Origin: a virus
Lineage: Duplodnaviria > Caudoviricetes
IMG/VR virus record: IMGVR_UViG_3300033075_001437
Coordinates: 42,867-106,866 of that record
Strand: one strand, 5' to 3'
Length of the DNA: 64,000 nucleotides
Position numbers and translations under genes: made by a program. This document shows, piece by piece, positions 9,192-20,271 of this stretch (positions are counted from its first letter, which is position 1; every line of letters starts with the position of its first letter). A model generated the notes under the pieces. That model made no database searches. It was given only the letters and a program-made list of their open reading frames with translations, and was not told the DNA's origin.

Positions 9192-12100
9192 CTAATTACC
9201 AGATCTGCGACTCGGTAAAATATTGCTACTGCCTTTTAAATAATTAGTAGCTTTATTCAAATTAACACCTTTCTGTAATAGCACGACGCTATCGCCATTT
9301 TTCATTAAATAATTATAATCTATCTCAGTTAGAACACCAGTAGTGTAATCTCTAAGAAATGGTGTGTAAAATTCAATATTAACACTTTTATATCTTGCAG
9401 CACTTTTAACAGTAGTGTTATTGTTCTTAGGATCAAACAAATCACGCTTCACATTTAAAACTTTAGAAACATTAGCACTGTCAGACAATGGAACTTTTGG
9501 AAGTATGACAGGAGTTTCACCATCTAATTTGTCATAAACATTATAATTATAAGGACCGCCATCAACATGGCCCAAATTATTACATATTAAATTGCTATAA
9601 TCAACTGTAAATTCTACATCAACACTAAATTCTAAATAGAAAGGATTTACACCAGTTAATGTGAAATTACCATATAAATCAGGTATTTCATATAGCCTAC
9701 TTCTGATATAATCAGCTGGCGAATTGTATGGTATACTCTTAATATACGTATTATTGTTAAAGTTAATAATAATATCATAACTACCAGATGTAGCATTAAT
9801 AACAGTATATTTAAATTTTCTATTATAAATATCACTTTGATTGCTAGACGATTTACAATTGTTTATAACATTTCGATATCTCTTAAATCCATTAGACCGA
9901 TAAACAGAACCGTCTATAACTTGAATTTCATCGCAATCATAATTTGAAGATAAGATAGCTGACAAAATATTGGTAGCGCCAGTTGTAGCATTGATTAATG
10001 TAGACGACATATAAAGCCGTTTGTTAATATAATCAACACTTATAAATGACGACGAAGAATAACACGAAGAATTAGTTAAAACATAATCATTATGAACATT
10101 ATATGGGTAACTGCTAATATTAGGCTTTAAACCTTGCTTTAATAATTCTACAGCATTAGAACCATCTGTATTAATTCTTAATAACATATTTAACTTGGGA
10201 GCCGCTGAGATGTCGATAGGGCTTTGAGTATATTGATTAATTACAGCAGACTCGTATGTATTAGGGTATGGGGCACTAGTGCAAAAAATAATGCCATCAT
10301 GCTTATCAATATCTATAGCTAGTAACCTTGAGGATGACTTATACAAAATTGTCTCATCTAATGTGTCCATATTTATTTTTATAACATATGAGGATATATT
10401 ATCAATTTGATCCTCTAATAGTGATTGAGATATAGCATATATGCAATTGTCAAATTCATTATAAACAAACGATGACGGAGATTGTCTTATAGAAGTATCT
10501 CCTAATTTAGAATATGTATTGTCATTCATATTTAATCGATATAAACCATATGATAAAACACCAAGACCTACATCGATTAAAGAAGCGAGAAAAAATATTC
10601 TATTATTCAGATTGTCAATTGTAAAATTTGAAATATAATTAAAATCACTATTACTTGACAATACTTTCGATGAACTACTATTAGATAGAGATATCTCATA
10701 TAGTTCAGATGGGCTATTAACTATGTCGCTAATATTATTGATGTCAGGCAAATACGGGCTTTTTAGAACGTATAGTTTATTAGTATTAACATTAATGTTC
10801 AAAACATCATACATATGGTTATTAACAGCATGATCTTCAAACATTGTTTTTTCAACTAAATTAGCAACAGAATTCTTATGTATAATCTTATAATCATCCT
10901 CAGCAAAATCCATTTCGCTTATGCTGTTGTATGTTATTGCAGTATTCGCTGCCGTAAATGTTAAGACGCCATCTATAAAACCTGTATTGCCAGAAACAAA
11001 TGTGTAATATAAACTATCAGCTTGAACACCGCCATCGACAGTTATCTCAGCAGGTACTCCAAAATTCTCGACAACCACTGAAGCAGAACACGTTTCTTTA
11101 TTAACAGCATTGCCTGATAATGAAACGTTTAAACCAATACTACCAGACAAAATGTTGGTTATATTGTCACCATCATTAGACGAACATTTGTCCAAACCAC
11201 TAATAGGCGTGCTTAATAAAAATTTAGTCTCTAACCATCTTGCCATATTTGGCGTTCGTCCATATCTGTCATCATATACTTCTGACAGATCTATATCAGC
11301 TTTTAGACTTTTAGATATATTATTAACACCATTGTATCTTTCGTAATCTAACGTAACATTTATATAATCAGCTGAATCGCCATCACATAAATGATCTTCA
11401 TAATCGCCTTCATATCTCATACCCAAGATCAATGAAATACTCTCTACTATAACATCTTCGGCGATATTACCTAAATTATTATAATAATACTCAAGATATT
11501 GTTTACTAGGTGATCTCATTAAGACCCACGCTTCAATTTCACCATTTGTTTGAGAATTCGCAGTATTAAGTGTCACTTGATCGTCATATGATGGAAAATC
11601 TATTGCCAATTCATCGTTAATTGCATTAACGCTTTTAGAAACATTCGGCGAGCATATTACATAAGAATGTTGATACTTGTTATTATTAAAATCAAAACCA
11701 TCTCCATTCTGCAAATTTTGATATAAAACAAACGAACCACCATTCTCAAAAGTTCTTTTAAGATTATGGTTTAAAGCGTTATACTTGAATATAACGTCAC
11801 GATTATCCTGCTTTCTGTAAGCATATGTGGCTGAAATGTCTGTTTCAGAAGATGAAATCGGATGTGCAGTACCGCCTACAATCCAATTGCTACACGTACC
11901 ACCAGTATGTCTTAAACCTTTAGGAACTTGATCTATATTAACATATTCGAATGCATATTTTGATCTAACTTCACTTTTAACTCTAAGTCTATATCTAAGC
12001 ATTGCGCCTACTATTTTAATCTTTCTATCAGGAACACCATTGAATTTCATTTTAATAGAAGGATTTATAATGCTATTGCATAAATCATACTTTATCAAAT

Positions 12101-15100
12101 TATTGTCACTTTCGCAACATTCTATTTTAGAAATAACTAAAGCTGCATTTTCACTAATCTCTATCCTTATCTTTATAATCCCATCAGAATCTGTTCTAGT
12201 GTTTATAGATATCGACCCATTTGATGAATAATTGCCTATGATATTATCATTTATTTTAACTGCAAAATAAAGATCAGTTAATTTTCTAAAAATATCTATT
12301 TTAGATAATTCGGCTACATAGATTATAATTTTTACATCAGAATCAGGTTTAAGTCCTGTAAAATAACTTTCAGCATATAAAAATTTGTCACATAATAATG
12401 GAGAAATAAGTGGTGCGCACCTTGAACTAGATTGCAGTATTAACCCATTTGGTGTCCCAAGACCACCACTTTCTAAAGCGATAAACTTATCAAAACTAAA
12501 ATTATTTATATGCGAATTATCACAGCTATAAGTATTCGATATTGAGCATAGTGTCATGCTAGAAATATCAAATGTAAAATCGATTGGGTCAGACAATTCG
12601 ATTTTCAATTCGATCATAATATCAAACGATTTAAGTTTATTGCCAAATTCGTCTAACCTATCACTTTCTATAAATGGATAATTAATATCATCAAATTTAA
12701 ATCTTACAGGAACTTTAGAGCCACTAGTTATGTTGCTGAAGCTTTTAAACAATGACCAATCATAATTGCCATTGCTAACTTTATTTGGAATATAAATATT
12801 AACAGTAAATGATACATGATCACTTTTTGTATAAAACATAGACAGATAATATTCGAAATTATTTATAACCCATGCTTTTCTATATAAAGTGACGTTCGAA
12901 TTGCCAGTTATAACTCTGTCTTCACTATCAAAATATAATGCGACATCGCCAACAGAAAATTGCGATGCCGCTATAAAGCTACCAACATATATCGCATAAC
13001 TCACACTAGCTGAAACATCATTATTTAGTAAGGCTATCGAATGAATAAGATACTCCCACCCATTTTGCCTAGTATATGATTTATATGTATATGTGGTATT
13101 ATTGTACGATAAATGGCTCAAAGATGAATCAACATCTGCATAATCAGCATTATATGGTATACCAACGCTCGAACCAAATAAACCATTAGCATCAGAAGAA
13201 ACTAACCTTAAAGTAAATGTCCCATAATTAGGATTTTTATTAACTGTAACTTTTTGAAGACCACTATAACTACCGCCAAGCTGCACAACACCATCTTTTG
13301 CATACATATATGCAGCATAATCAAAATAATCAGTGCTAGATGAATAATTATCTAAATCTTGTTGATCGCTTATGCTTAATGGCACTGAATTATCATATAT
13401 GACATTGATCGACCTATTAGTCCATTTACTTATCTTTAAGTATTTATTAGTTCCACATATACTAATAGGACATAATTTATATCCAAGCCTATTCAATGTC
13501 AATGATGTGTCTTGGTTCGCAAACCTACCTCTTGTTTCGATTTCAAAATAATTATAATCTTTAAATGACATATATCTAACATTGCCTGTCCCTAAACTAT
13601 TCATAATCCATAGTCTTAAAGTTATCTCGCTATCAATATTTGTTTCTAAAACATCTGGTGAATAACTTATGAGCAATCTACTATAATCATATACAATATT
13701 AGAATAATCGACAGCATTATAATCCATACCTACATGAACAAAATAATAAGGCGCATCACTTACTGTATACTTAAATGTCGAATTTATTATAGATACAGTA
13801 TGGTCATTGTCGTCTAAAAATTCTATGATAAATGATTGATACGATAATAAATGGATTTTGAAATTATTAATAAGAGATGGGTCTATATTATTTATAGCTT
13901 CTTTAAAATATAATGAATCAAAAGCAAAATATCTAGTGTTAACAACAGCTGTTGTCGTAAAATTGTCTATTTTTATTTCAATATCACCTGAATCAGCATG
14001 CTCATGATTTATAAGCCATGCGCATTTATAGCTACCGCCTAGCTGTTTTAAACCTATAGAATTATAATTGTTAACAGTATTTATAGCTGATATATCTCCA
14101 TTAACAGTGCCTTCGTCCCAACCATGGTGTTCAATTCTTACCCAATATGGTCTTGGTGTTTGCTGTTCTATAAATGGAGAATCGTATAATATTTCATTCA
14201 ACTTCATCCTCATATCTTGTTCAGCATATATCCCTGTGAATTCTATTTCGAAATACTCATAACCATCATGTGTATATCTATTTGCTATGGTGTTTCCAGA
14301 GCCTAAAACATCATCAAGAGCTGTTTGCAAATCAATTGTAGTCCAACCAGAATTTAAAACCATAAATTCTGTGATATTATCATATGGAGAACTAACATAA
14401 TTGCTTGAAAATGGCTTATCTCTATCCAATGTCATAGCTAGCCTTAATGTTGGTTCTTCTATTATATAATTTATATCTTTTTGGGGTATTCTAGCATTTC
14501 TTTTTGGGTTATTATATGTTGTCCATATAAATTTACTATTATATGTCCCGCCATTATTTAATTTTTCTACTGTTATTTTGCTATTTTTTATATCTCCTAT
14601 TCTGCCGACATCGTCATAGTTCAAAACGTATCCAAATTTAGTATTTCTATTACCATGTCTTATTATTGTCTTAACTGTAACATCATTCGCAGATGTTGTA
14701 CTGTCAGTATTAGTATACCTTGGAAATAAATTAGGTTTAACAAGGCTCCAATCTCTATCAGCTGTTGTTAGTTGTAATGATCCGATACTTTCATTATCGC
14801 TATATAATAATTCATAACCATGTTCAGAATTAGAACAAATCACTCTAGTTTGAGTTAACTTTACATCATCTATTGTTATTAATTTGTCAGTATGATAATT
14901 ATATGGGTTATTTGTGACATTGCCAAGATTTGACAATGTTATTTTTAACGTGCCATTAGATGTTAAATATTCTGTAACTGTATCATTAAATTCTAAAGGG
15001 TTCGCAATTTGATCAGTTATGCCATAATCAGTGCTTATCTTATAAATTTTATCTATAATAGACGGATTAGATGCACTTGATATGTTTAATCTTATTCTGC

Positions 15101-15662
15101 CTATATTATTACCTGTAAAATTATTATAATTTAGAACTTTGAAAGTAAATTTTAATTCATATCCAGGCTCTGTTGAGACAGTTGTAGATAAATCTCCATT
15201 GACATATATATCAACATTTTTATTAGTTTCATTATGTTTTATACCAGGGCCATAATATACCTCATCTAAATACTCTTTATTTATTATATTATATGTCCAA
15301 TTTTGAAGATTTTCAAATTCACCATTTATAAGATTATCAGTTAAAACTGTTTGTTTTATTATTCTTTCTGGTGTTATAGAATCAACAGCTATATTTAACT
15401 TTTCATTTGTAAATTTTTGAGACTGTATGCTAGTTGTATCAACCGTATTTTTAGATTTAAATTTTGGATATTCAGAGTAAATTTTATTATGAGCAACTTC
15501 ATAAACAGAATTTTCTACTGGTCTTCCTTGATCGCATTCAAGACCACCATTACCGTCTTGTCTGCAAGTCGCTTTGATTGTTTTTGTAGTTTCTTCATCT
15601 ATCACAATGAGTTCTACAAATGAAGTCTCTGAGACGTTTTGATTTATTTTTCCAATTTCCAT
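9192..15662 (-). CDS. Very large (2156 aa) probable virion/adhesion protein
   Basis: N/S/T/Y-rich beta-type sequence; internal duplication (YEYFEIEFTGIYAEQD vs YNYFEIETRGRFANQD; QLGGSY twice); IPYN motifs; propeller-like repeats near the C-terminus (FTIDNLNNRIFF, IDIDKHDGIIFC, ISVDYINKRLYM). Confidence 0.5.
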   Translation of the reverse strand: MEIGKINQNVSETSFVELIVIDEETTKTIKATCRQDGNGGLECDQGRPVENSVYEVAHNKIYSEYPKFKSKNTVDTTSIQSQKFTNEKLNIAVDSITPERIIKQTVLTDNLINGEFENLQNWTYNIINKEYLDEVYYGPGIKHNETNKNVDIYVNGDLSTTVSTEPGYELKFTFKVLNYNNFTGNNIGRIRLNISSASNPSIIDKIYKISTDYGITDQIANPLEFNDTVTEYLTSNGTLKITLSNLGNVTNNPYNYHTDKLITIDDVKLTQTRVICSNSEHGYELLYSDNESIGSLQLTTADRDWSLVKPNLFPRYTNTDSTTSANDVTVKTIIRHGNRNTKFGYVLNYDDVGRIGDIKNSKITVEKLNNGGTYNSKFIWTTYNNPKRNARIPQKDINYIIEEPTLRLAMTLDRDKPFSSNYVSSPYDNITEFMVLNSGWTTIDLQTALDDVLGSGNTIANRYTHDGYEYFEIEFTGIYAEQDMRMKLNEILYDSPFIEQQTPRPYWVRIEHHGWDEGTVNGDISAINTVNNYNSIGLKQLGGSYKCAWLINHEHADSGDIEIKIDNFTTTAVVNTRYFAFDSLYFKEAINNIDPSLINNFKIHLLSYQSFIIEFLDDNDHTVSIINSTFKYTVSDAPYYFVHVGMDYNAVDYSNIVYDYSRLLISYSPDVLETNIDSEITLRLWIMNSLGTGNVRYMSFKDYNYFEIETRGRFANQDTSLTLNRLGYKLCPISICGTNKYLKISKWTNRSINVIYDNSVPLSISDQQDLDNYSSSTDYFDYAAYMYAKDGVVQLGGSYSGLQKVTVNKNPNYGTFTLRLVSSDANGLFGSSVGIPYNADYADVDSSLSHLSYNNTTYTYKSYTRQNGWEYLIHSIALLNNDVSASVSYAIYVGSFIAASQFSVGDVALYFDSEDRVITGNSNVTLYRKAWVINNFEYYLSMFYTKSDHVSFTVNIYIPNKVSNGNYDWSLFKSFSNITSGSKVPVRFKFDDINYPFIESDRLDEFGNKLKSFDIMIELKIELSDPIDFTFDISSMTLCSISNTYSCDNSHINNFSFDKFIALESGGLGTPNGLILQSSSRCAPLISPLLCDKFLYAESYFTGLKPDSDVKIIIYVAELSKIDIFRKLTDLYFAVKINDNIIGNYSSNGSISINTRTDSDGIIKIRIEISENAALVISKIECCESDNNLIKYDLCNSIINPSIKMKFNGVPDRKIKIVGAMLRYRLRVKSEVRSKYAFEYVNIDQVPKGLRHTGGTCSNWIVGGTAHPISSSETDISATYAYRKQDNRDVIFKYNALNHNLKRTFENGGSFVLYQNLQNGDGFDFNNNKYQHSYVICSPNVSKSVNAINDELAIDFPSYDDQVTLNTANSQTNGEIEAWVLMRSPSKQYLEYYYNNLGNIAEDVIVESISLILGMRYEGDYEDHLCDGDSADYINVTLDYERYNGVNNISKSLKADIDLSEVYDDRYGRTPNMARWLETKFLLSTPISGLDKCSSNDGDNITNILSGSIGLNVSLSGNAVNKETCSASVVVENFGVPAEITVDGGVQADSLYYTFVSGNTGFIDGVLTFTAANTAITYNSISEMDFAEDDYKIIHKNSVANLVEKTMFEDHAVNNHMYDVLNINVNTNKLYVLKSPYLPDINNISDIVNSPSELYEISLSNSSSSKVLSSNSDFNYISNFTIDNLNNRIFFLASLIDVGLGVLSYGLYRLNMNDNTYSKLGDTSIRQSPSSFVYNEFDNCIYAISQSLLEDQIDNISSYVIKINMDTLDETILYKSSSRLLAIDIDKHDGIIFCTSAPYPNTYESAVINQYTQSPIDISAAPKLNMLLRINTDGSNAVELLKQGLKPNISSYPYNVHNDYVLTNSSCYSSSSFISVDYINKRLYMSSTLINATTGATNILSAILSSNYDCDEIQVIDGSVYRSNGFKRYRNVINNCKSSSNQSDIYNRKFKYTVINATSGSYDIIINFNNNTYIKSIPYNSPADYIRSRLYEIPDLYGNFTLTGVNPFYLEFSVDVEFTVDYSNLICNNLGHVDGGPYNYNVYDKLDGETPVILPKVPLSDSANVSKVLNVKRDLFDPKNNNTTVKSAARYKSVNIEFYTPFLRDYTTGVLTEIDYNYLMKNGDSVVLLQKGVNLNKATNYLKGSSNILPSRRSGN

Positions 15663-15692
15663 TTATTTCACCTTTTTCTCATTTATATTTAT

Positions 15693-16043
15693 ATGGCTAA
15701 AACTTTTGAAAAGTCAAAACAAATGAAAACTGAAAATGATAATTTCAAACAATATAGTAAATACGATTATAAAGGTTTACAAAAAGAAATAGAAGCTGAT
15801 ATAATAAGACATAAAGACAAGTTTGATTTTAAAGAAATATTGAGTTCAATATTATCAAGATATTCTGATACAATATTGAACAATAGTTTGCATCATCAAA
15901 CATTCTTGATATCTAAAATAGCAGAATCACATGAGGAACTTGACAACTCTCTAAAAAATGAAGCAAGATCGCTATCAAAAGTAAGTTCATTATCAGCAGA
16001 AATAAAAAAATTATCAAATAAATTGGACAAAAATGATAAATGA
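15693..16043 (+). CDS. Hypothetical protein
   Basis: ATG at 15693 within track ORF 15639..16043; helical, K/E-rich. Confidence 0.55.
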   Translation: MAKTFEKSKQMKTENDNFKQYSKYDYKGLQKEIEADIIRHKDKFDFKEILSSILSRYSDTILNNSLHHQTFLISKIAESHEELDNSLKNEARSLSKVSSLSAEIKKLSNKLDKNDK

Positions 16044-16296
16044 TAAAGATGTATTAATATCAATAATAATTGACAATATTAAAAAATCAACATCTCTATT
16101 AATTGAAAAACAAGGAAGAGATACTATAAAAATTTATGCGAAAACACATTATATAGATATTCACGTCTGTTCTATAAGATTATTTGAAACTTATCTTGGC
16201 ATATTGCGTGTTTATAAACACAATGTGACTAATATAGATTATAGTGATTTAGATATGGACGAATTAATGCTCCATATTAAAAAGTTTGAAGAATAA
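16033..16296 (+). CDS. Small paralogous-family protein
   Basis: DVLISIIIDNI...NIDYSDLDMDELM pattern shared with about 10 other small ORFs in the window. Confidence 0.55.
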   Translation: MINDKDVLISIIIDNIKKSTSLLIEKQGRDTIKIYAKTHYIDIHVCSIRLFETYLGILRVYKHNVTNIDYSDLDMDELMLHIKKFEE

Positions 16297-16297
16297 A

Positions 16298-16525
16298 TCA
16301 CCCTCCTGGTGAAACTGTAGCACGAACAGCGGCATCTTTCGATTCCAATAACTTGCGTAAAGCCACAGTCCGCTCAGGCCCAGGTTCGATCAACGCACAT
16401 AATGACACAGCTAATTCGTAAAACTTAGAAGAAACCACTTTCAAATGATCAGGCAAATGTTCGAAAGCGAACCATTTCAACATTCTGTCTTCAACAACAA
16501 CCGTTCCCATTTCATCGGATTCCAT
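16298..16525 (-). CDS. Small two-helix hairpin protein, Acb2/Tad1-like
   Basis: WFAFEHLPDHLKVVSSKFYELA...PGPERTVALRKLLESKDAAVRA resembles the helical hairpin of cyclic-nucleotide sponge proteins. Confidence 0.4.
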   Translation of the reverse strand: MESDEMGTVVVEDRMLKWFAFEHLPDHLKVVSSKFYELAVSLCALIEPGPERTVALRKLLESKDAAVRATVSPGG

Positions 16526-16672
16526 TGAACATCGGCTTTCGATAGGGTCACTTGCTATTACAACACCAGATTACCCTAATGGGCTATTCGCTAATTCGGT
16601 TAAAAGGTTAGTATGAACAATCGTAGCAGAACTAATCTTATCGCAGCTACTAGACGGTTTCTTTTTTCATAA

Positions 16673-17059
16673 TTATGTAAAATGTTTTTTAGTATCTGGG
16701 CCTTTTTTATTTAATTTATCTTTTAAATAGTCAACTTCACCAGGCTGTCTATATTGTGCGTATGGGTCTTCTTTAGTTAAATGATATTTGGACATATCTC
16801 TCTTGCAACCAGCGATGTCAAGATATCCATTTCCTGCGACATAACCTATAATTTCAAGACCGTGCATATACTTATAAGTATCATTAGAGCCGCATCTAGG
16901 GCATTTAGTTGTATTTAATAACTCATCCTCAGTGGGATGCATTTGATGTTTTGTTTCAAACACAGCGTCAATCATCATGAGATCTGAAAGCTCTTCAACA
17001 GCATGTTCAGATCTTAATTTGTTTTCGCAAACCTTACAAGCATAATTATACAGTGGCAT
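16673..17059 (-). CDS. FmdB-like zinc-ribbon protein
   Basis: MPLYNYACKVC...KCPRCGS. Confidence 0.65.
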   Translation of the reverse strand: MPLYNYACKVCENKLRSEHAVEELSDLMMIDAVFETKHQMHPTEDELLNTTKCPRCGSNDTYKYMHGLEIIGYVAGNGYLDIAGCKRDMSKYHLTKEDPYAQYRQPGEVDYLKDKLNKKGPDTKKHFT

Positions 17060-17513
17060 CTTCTATGATCACATATTTTACAGGGGTAGTTTTCAAAATC
17101 AATGATCGCTCTGACATAATAATTACTCTTTGATCTTTATATACACCACTGTCAGTGTTAATCATATGGACAACTTGCCTATCATTAAACACGACAGTGT
17201 CTCCAACTTTAATATCAGATTTACATAATGAACTAACACCTACAACGATACCTTCATTTTTATATCCTTGATCATTAGATAACAATATACTACCAGCTGC
17301 CATTTTAAATTGAATAACAGCTATATAATCATTATAACAAACTAAAGGCTTTATCGATATGATATCATTCTTGGTATAACTCTTATTCTCGACCAAAACA
17401 GTCTTTACGGTGCTGTTTTCATCCAATGCCTTTTCTTCTGCCAACAACGTTGCGCTTTTCATTTCATTCTTTCTATTAGAGTTTTTCTTTAACCAACATT
17501 TTATCGTACTCAA
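17046..17513 (-). CDS. GroES-like co-chaperonin (true start probably downstream, MKSATLL)
   Basis: IKPL...DYIAV...AGSILL...EGIVVGV...IKVGDTVVF...IMSERSL. Confidence 0.6.
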   Translation of the reverse strand: MSTIKCWLKKNSNRKNEMKSATLLAEEKALDENSTVKTVLVENKSYTKNDIISIKPLVCYNDYIAVIQFKMAAGSILLSNDQGYKNEGIVVGVSSLCKSDIKVGDTVVFNDRQVVHMINTDSGVYKDQRVIIMSERSLILKTTPVKYVIIEDATV

Positions 17514-18798
17514 TCGTGCATTCTACAGTTTGATTTTTAGGCCCATTTCTGTTTTTTGCAACGAACATTCTTAATTGTGCAGGTTTTTGTCTTGCTTCTG
17601 CGTCAGATTGATTTAAACTTATAACATAATCAAGAGGAAACTGCTTGCCGAAGCTCTCAGCAGCTTTTGTCATGTCAATGCTCTCACTGCCAGTAGAAGC
17701 GCCAGCTCTATTTGTTTGAGTGGCAGTAAAAATAAGAACATTCTCGTTTTTAGCCAACCCACGAACCTCAGTAGCTACGTGCTTTTGTCTCGTATAATCG
17801 TCAGAATTATAAGCGTCATGCCTGCTAACCATCAAATCCAAATAATCAAGTATTATGACATCAGGTTTCCAACCTTCCATGCGTTTTGTATTATCTATCA
17901 AGGAATATATATGGTTAACACTGCATTCATCTGGAGGGTATTCATATATCAATAATCTTTTATTATAAGTTGCTTTCATATTTTCCATGATTCTTTCAAT
18001 ATGTTCTTTATGATCGCTAACCGCATTGACTGGAACAGCAGTTGTTATACCTAAACATCTTAGAGCAGTTTTAACAGTGTCTAATTCGAAAGTGACCAGC
18101 AGAACATTTTGGCCTATAGAACCCTCAGCACCCATGCCTTTCAAAGATGCTATTGCATTATTACATAATAACATCGACTTTCCAGAGTTCGTTGGTGCTA
18201 GCCAGCAAACTACTTCTTTTGGTGATGGGCCTCCATTGTTTAATATTTTGTCTAATTTAGGAAAACCAGTTGTTCTATGTTCAACAGACGATGGTTCTAA
18301 CAAAAATTTGTAGTTCTCTAAGAACCAAAACCCTTTAGATCCAACATCTGCTATTCTATTGGCAGTATTTACTACTTCTTCAAGTTTACTGTAATCGCCA
18401 CGATGATATGCTTCTATTGACTCTTCGCTATATAATAAACCGAATGCTTTTATTTTGGCCCATTTCAATAGAGAATCTTTTACTATAGGCACTTCTCTTG
18501 GGTTCGATTTTTTATTAACTATATCTAATATGATTTTATAGTCGCTGCTTGTGTCTAATTCAGATGTAATTTTATCTAATAATATATCCCTAGTAGGTAT
18601 TACACTATAGCTTTCATAACAATTTAATATATGCGCTATAATATATCTACATTCATTTCTTGTAAACATCTCTGGCTTCATGAATCGGCCAACAGATGTA
18701 AAAAATTCTGGATGATCTATTGCTAATGATATTATCGCTTCTTCTTCAAATTCGCTAAATTCTGATTTTTCTTTTATTAATTTATCGAATGTTCCCAT
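17476..18798 (-). CDS. dnaB: Replicative SF4 helicase (DnaB/gp41-like)
   Basis: TTGFPKLD, APTNSGKS, VTFEL, IILDYLDL, TATQTNR, VAKNRNGP. Confidence 0.9.
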   Translation of the reverse strand: MGTFDKLIKEKSEFSEFEEEAIISLAIDHPEFFTSVGRFMKPEMFTRNECRYIIAHILNCYESYSVIPTRDILLDKITSELDTSSDYKIILDIVNKKSNPREVPIVKDSLLKWAKIKAFGLLYSEESIEAYHRGDYSKLEEVVNTANRIADVGSKGFWFLENYKFLLEPSSVEHRTTGFPKLDKILNNGGPSPKEVVCWLAPTNSGKSMLLCNNAIASLKGMGAEGSIGQNVLLVTFELDTVKTALRCLGITTAVPVNAVSDHKEHIERIMENMKATYNKRLLIYEYPPDECSVNHIYSLIDNTKRMEGWKPDVIILDYLDLMVSRHDAYNSDDYTRQKHVATEVRGLAKNENVLIFTATQTNRAGASTGSESIDMTKAAESFGKQFPLDYVISLNQSDAEARQKPAQLRMFVAKNRNGPKNQTVECTIEYDKMLVKEKL

Positions 18799-19097
18799 TA
18801 TTCATCACATATAGTTTCGTTGTGTTGTTTTAATTTATCATACATTCGTTTAGCGTAAGCTTCAGCTAGTATTGTTGCGTCGCAATAACTAACAAATTCG
18901 TCTTCTGAATAATATAATGTCGATTTGTTAACAGTTGAAACTCTATTAATAGAAGTATCTCTACTAAATGTCGTAGTGTACAACCATGTTGTGTTGTATA
19001 TATGAATACCATTTACTCTTACAGCTTCTAAATGGCCAATCGCAGCCGATTCTCTCAGATAAACCAAACTGCCGATTGAAAATTTAGGCTGATTCAT
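18798..19097 (-). CDS. Hypothetical protein
   Basis: ORF between recA and dnaB; PKFSIGSLVY N-terminus. Confidence 0.6.
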   Translation of the reverse strand: MNQPKFSIGSLVYLRESAAIGHLEAVRVNGIHIYNTTWLYTTTFSRDTSINRVSTVNKSTLYYSEDEFVSYCDATILAEAYAKRMYDKLKQHNETICDE

Positions 19098-19101
19098 ATG
19101 A

Positions 19102-20271
19102 TCATTCTTCGATTGGGAAGTCTTCTAAAGAATCGTCATCAATTTCTTCTAGAATATCTTCTTGATCTATCATAGTATTTTTGACAGATATTTGTGAATA
19201 TACTAATTTCTTTATTTCATCGAAAGTTTCTTTATTTTGATTTAGAAATTTAGAAGCATTGCTTTCACCATTACCTAAAATAACATCATTATATCTATAA
19301 TGACTACCATTTCTAGTAACCAATTTAAAATCAACAGCTGTCTTTAATAAAGCAGAAGCTTCATCTATACCATATCTTCCATCTTGACCAACATATATAG
19401 TATATAACGCATTAGTAAATGGAGGTGCAACTTTATTCTTGATAAAGCTTAATTTAGGAGTAAAACCGACAACTGTGTCACCATCTTTAAGCTGTGAACC
19501 TTTTGTTATTTTACATCTAACTGAAGAATAAAATCTCAACGCTCTGCCGCCCGGCGTTGTTTCATTGTCACCAAACATCACTCCGATTTTTTCTCTAACT
19601 TGATTGACGAATAAAACAGTAGTGTCGCATGTGCTACATTTACCCTTCAAAGCATTCAATCCCTTGCTCATAAGCCTAGCTTGGTCACCTATAGTATTAT
19701 CTGATATATCACCTTCAAGTTGTTTTTTAGGTATTAAAGCAGCGACAGAATCCACAACAACCATATCTATAAGCTTAGATTGAACCAATGTTTTAATGAT
19801 ATCGAAAGCCTGATCACCATTATCAGGTTGTGAAATAATCAATTTATTGATATCAACCCCAATCTTCGAAGCCCATTCTATATCAAGAGCATGCTCTGCA
19901 TCTATAAATGCAACCACTCCGTATCGTTTCTTATCTTCAAAATAATGTTTTTGGCAGGCTTTAATTAATTGCAGACACGTAGTTGTCTTACCACTACTTT
20001 CTGCGCCAAATATTTCAATTATTCTTCCTCTTGGTATTCCTCCGCATCCTATCGCTATGTCTATTGTTGGTATTCCTGTCGGTATAGATTTAATATTTAA
20101 CACAGTATTATTCCTGCCTAAAATTATAGTCCCATCTCCAAAATTTTGATCAACCATTTTTAACAATTCTTCTATATTATTAACCTGCGGTTGCTTTTTA
20201 ACTTTAACAGAATCTTCTTGACCATCTTCAGTTTTCTTATTCTTTGCCATCTCTAAACCTCCTAAAATCAT
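19102..20271 (-). CDS. recA: Recombinase RecA (probable start 20250)
   Basis: GIPRGRIIEIFGAESSGKTT, AFIDAEHALD, VVDSVAAL, QARLMS, NQVREKIGVMFG, PGGRALRFYSSVR, KNKVAPPF. Confidence 0.95.
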   Translation of the reverse strand: MILGGLEMAKNKKTEDGQEDSVKVKKQPQVNNIEELLKMVDQNFGDGTIILGRNNTVLNIKSIPTGIPTIDIAIGCGGIPRGRIIEIFGAESSGKTTTCLQLIKACQKHYFEDKKRYGVVAFIDAEHALDIEWASKIGVDINKLIISQPDNGDQAFDIIKTLVQSKLIDMVVVDSVAALIPKKQLEGDISDNTIGDQARLMSKGLNALKGKCSTCDTTVLFVNQVREKIGVMFGDNETTPGGRALRFYSSVRCKITKGSQLKDGDTVVGFTPKLSFIKNKVAPPFTNALYTIYVGQDGRYGIDEASALLKTAVDFKLVTRNGSHYRYNDVILGNGESNASKFLNQNKETFDEIKKLVYSQISVKNTMIDQEDILEEIDDDSLEDFPIEE

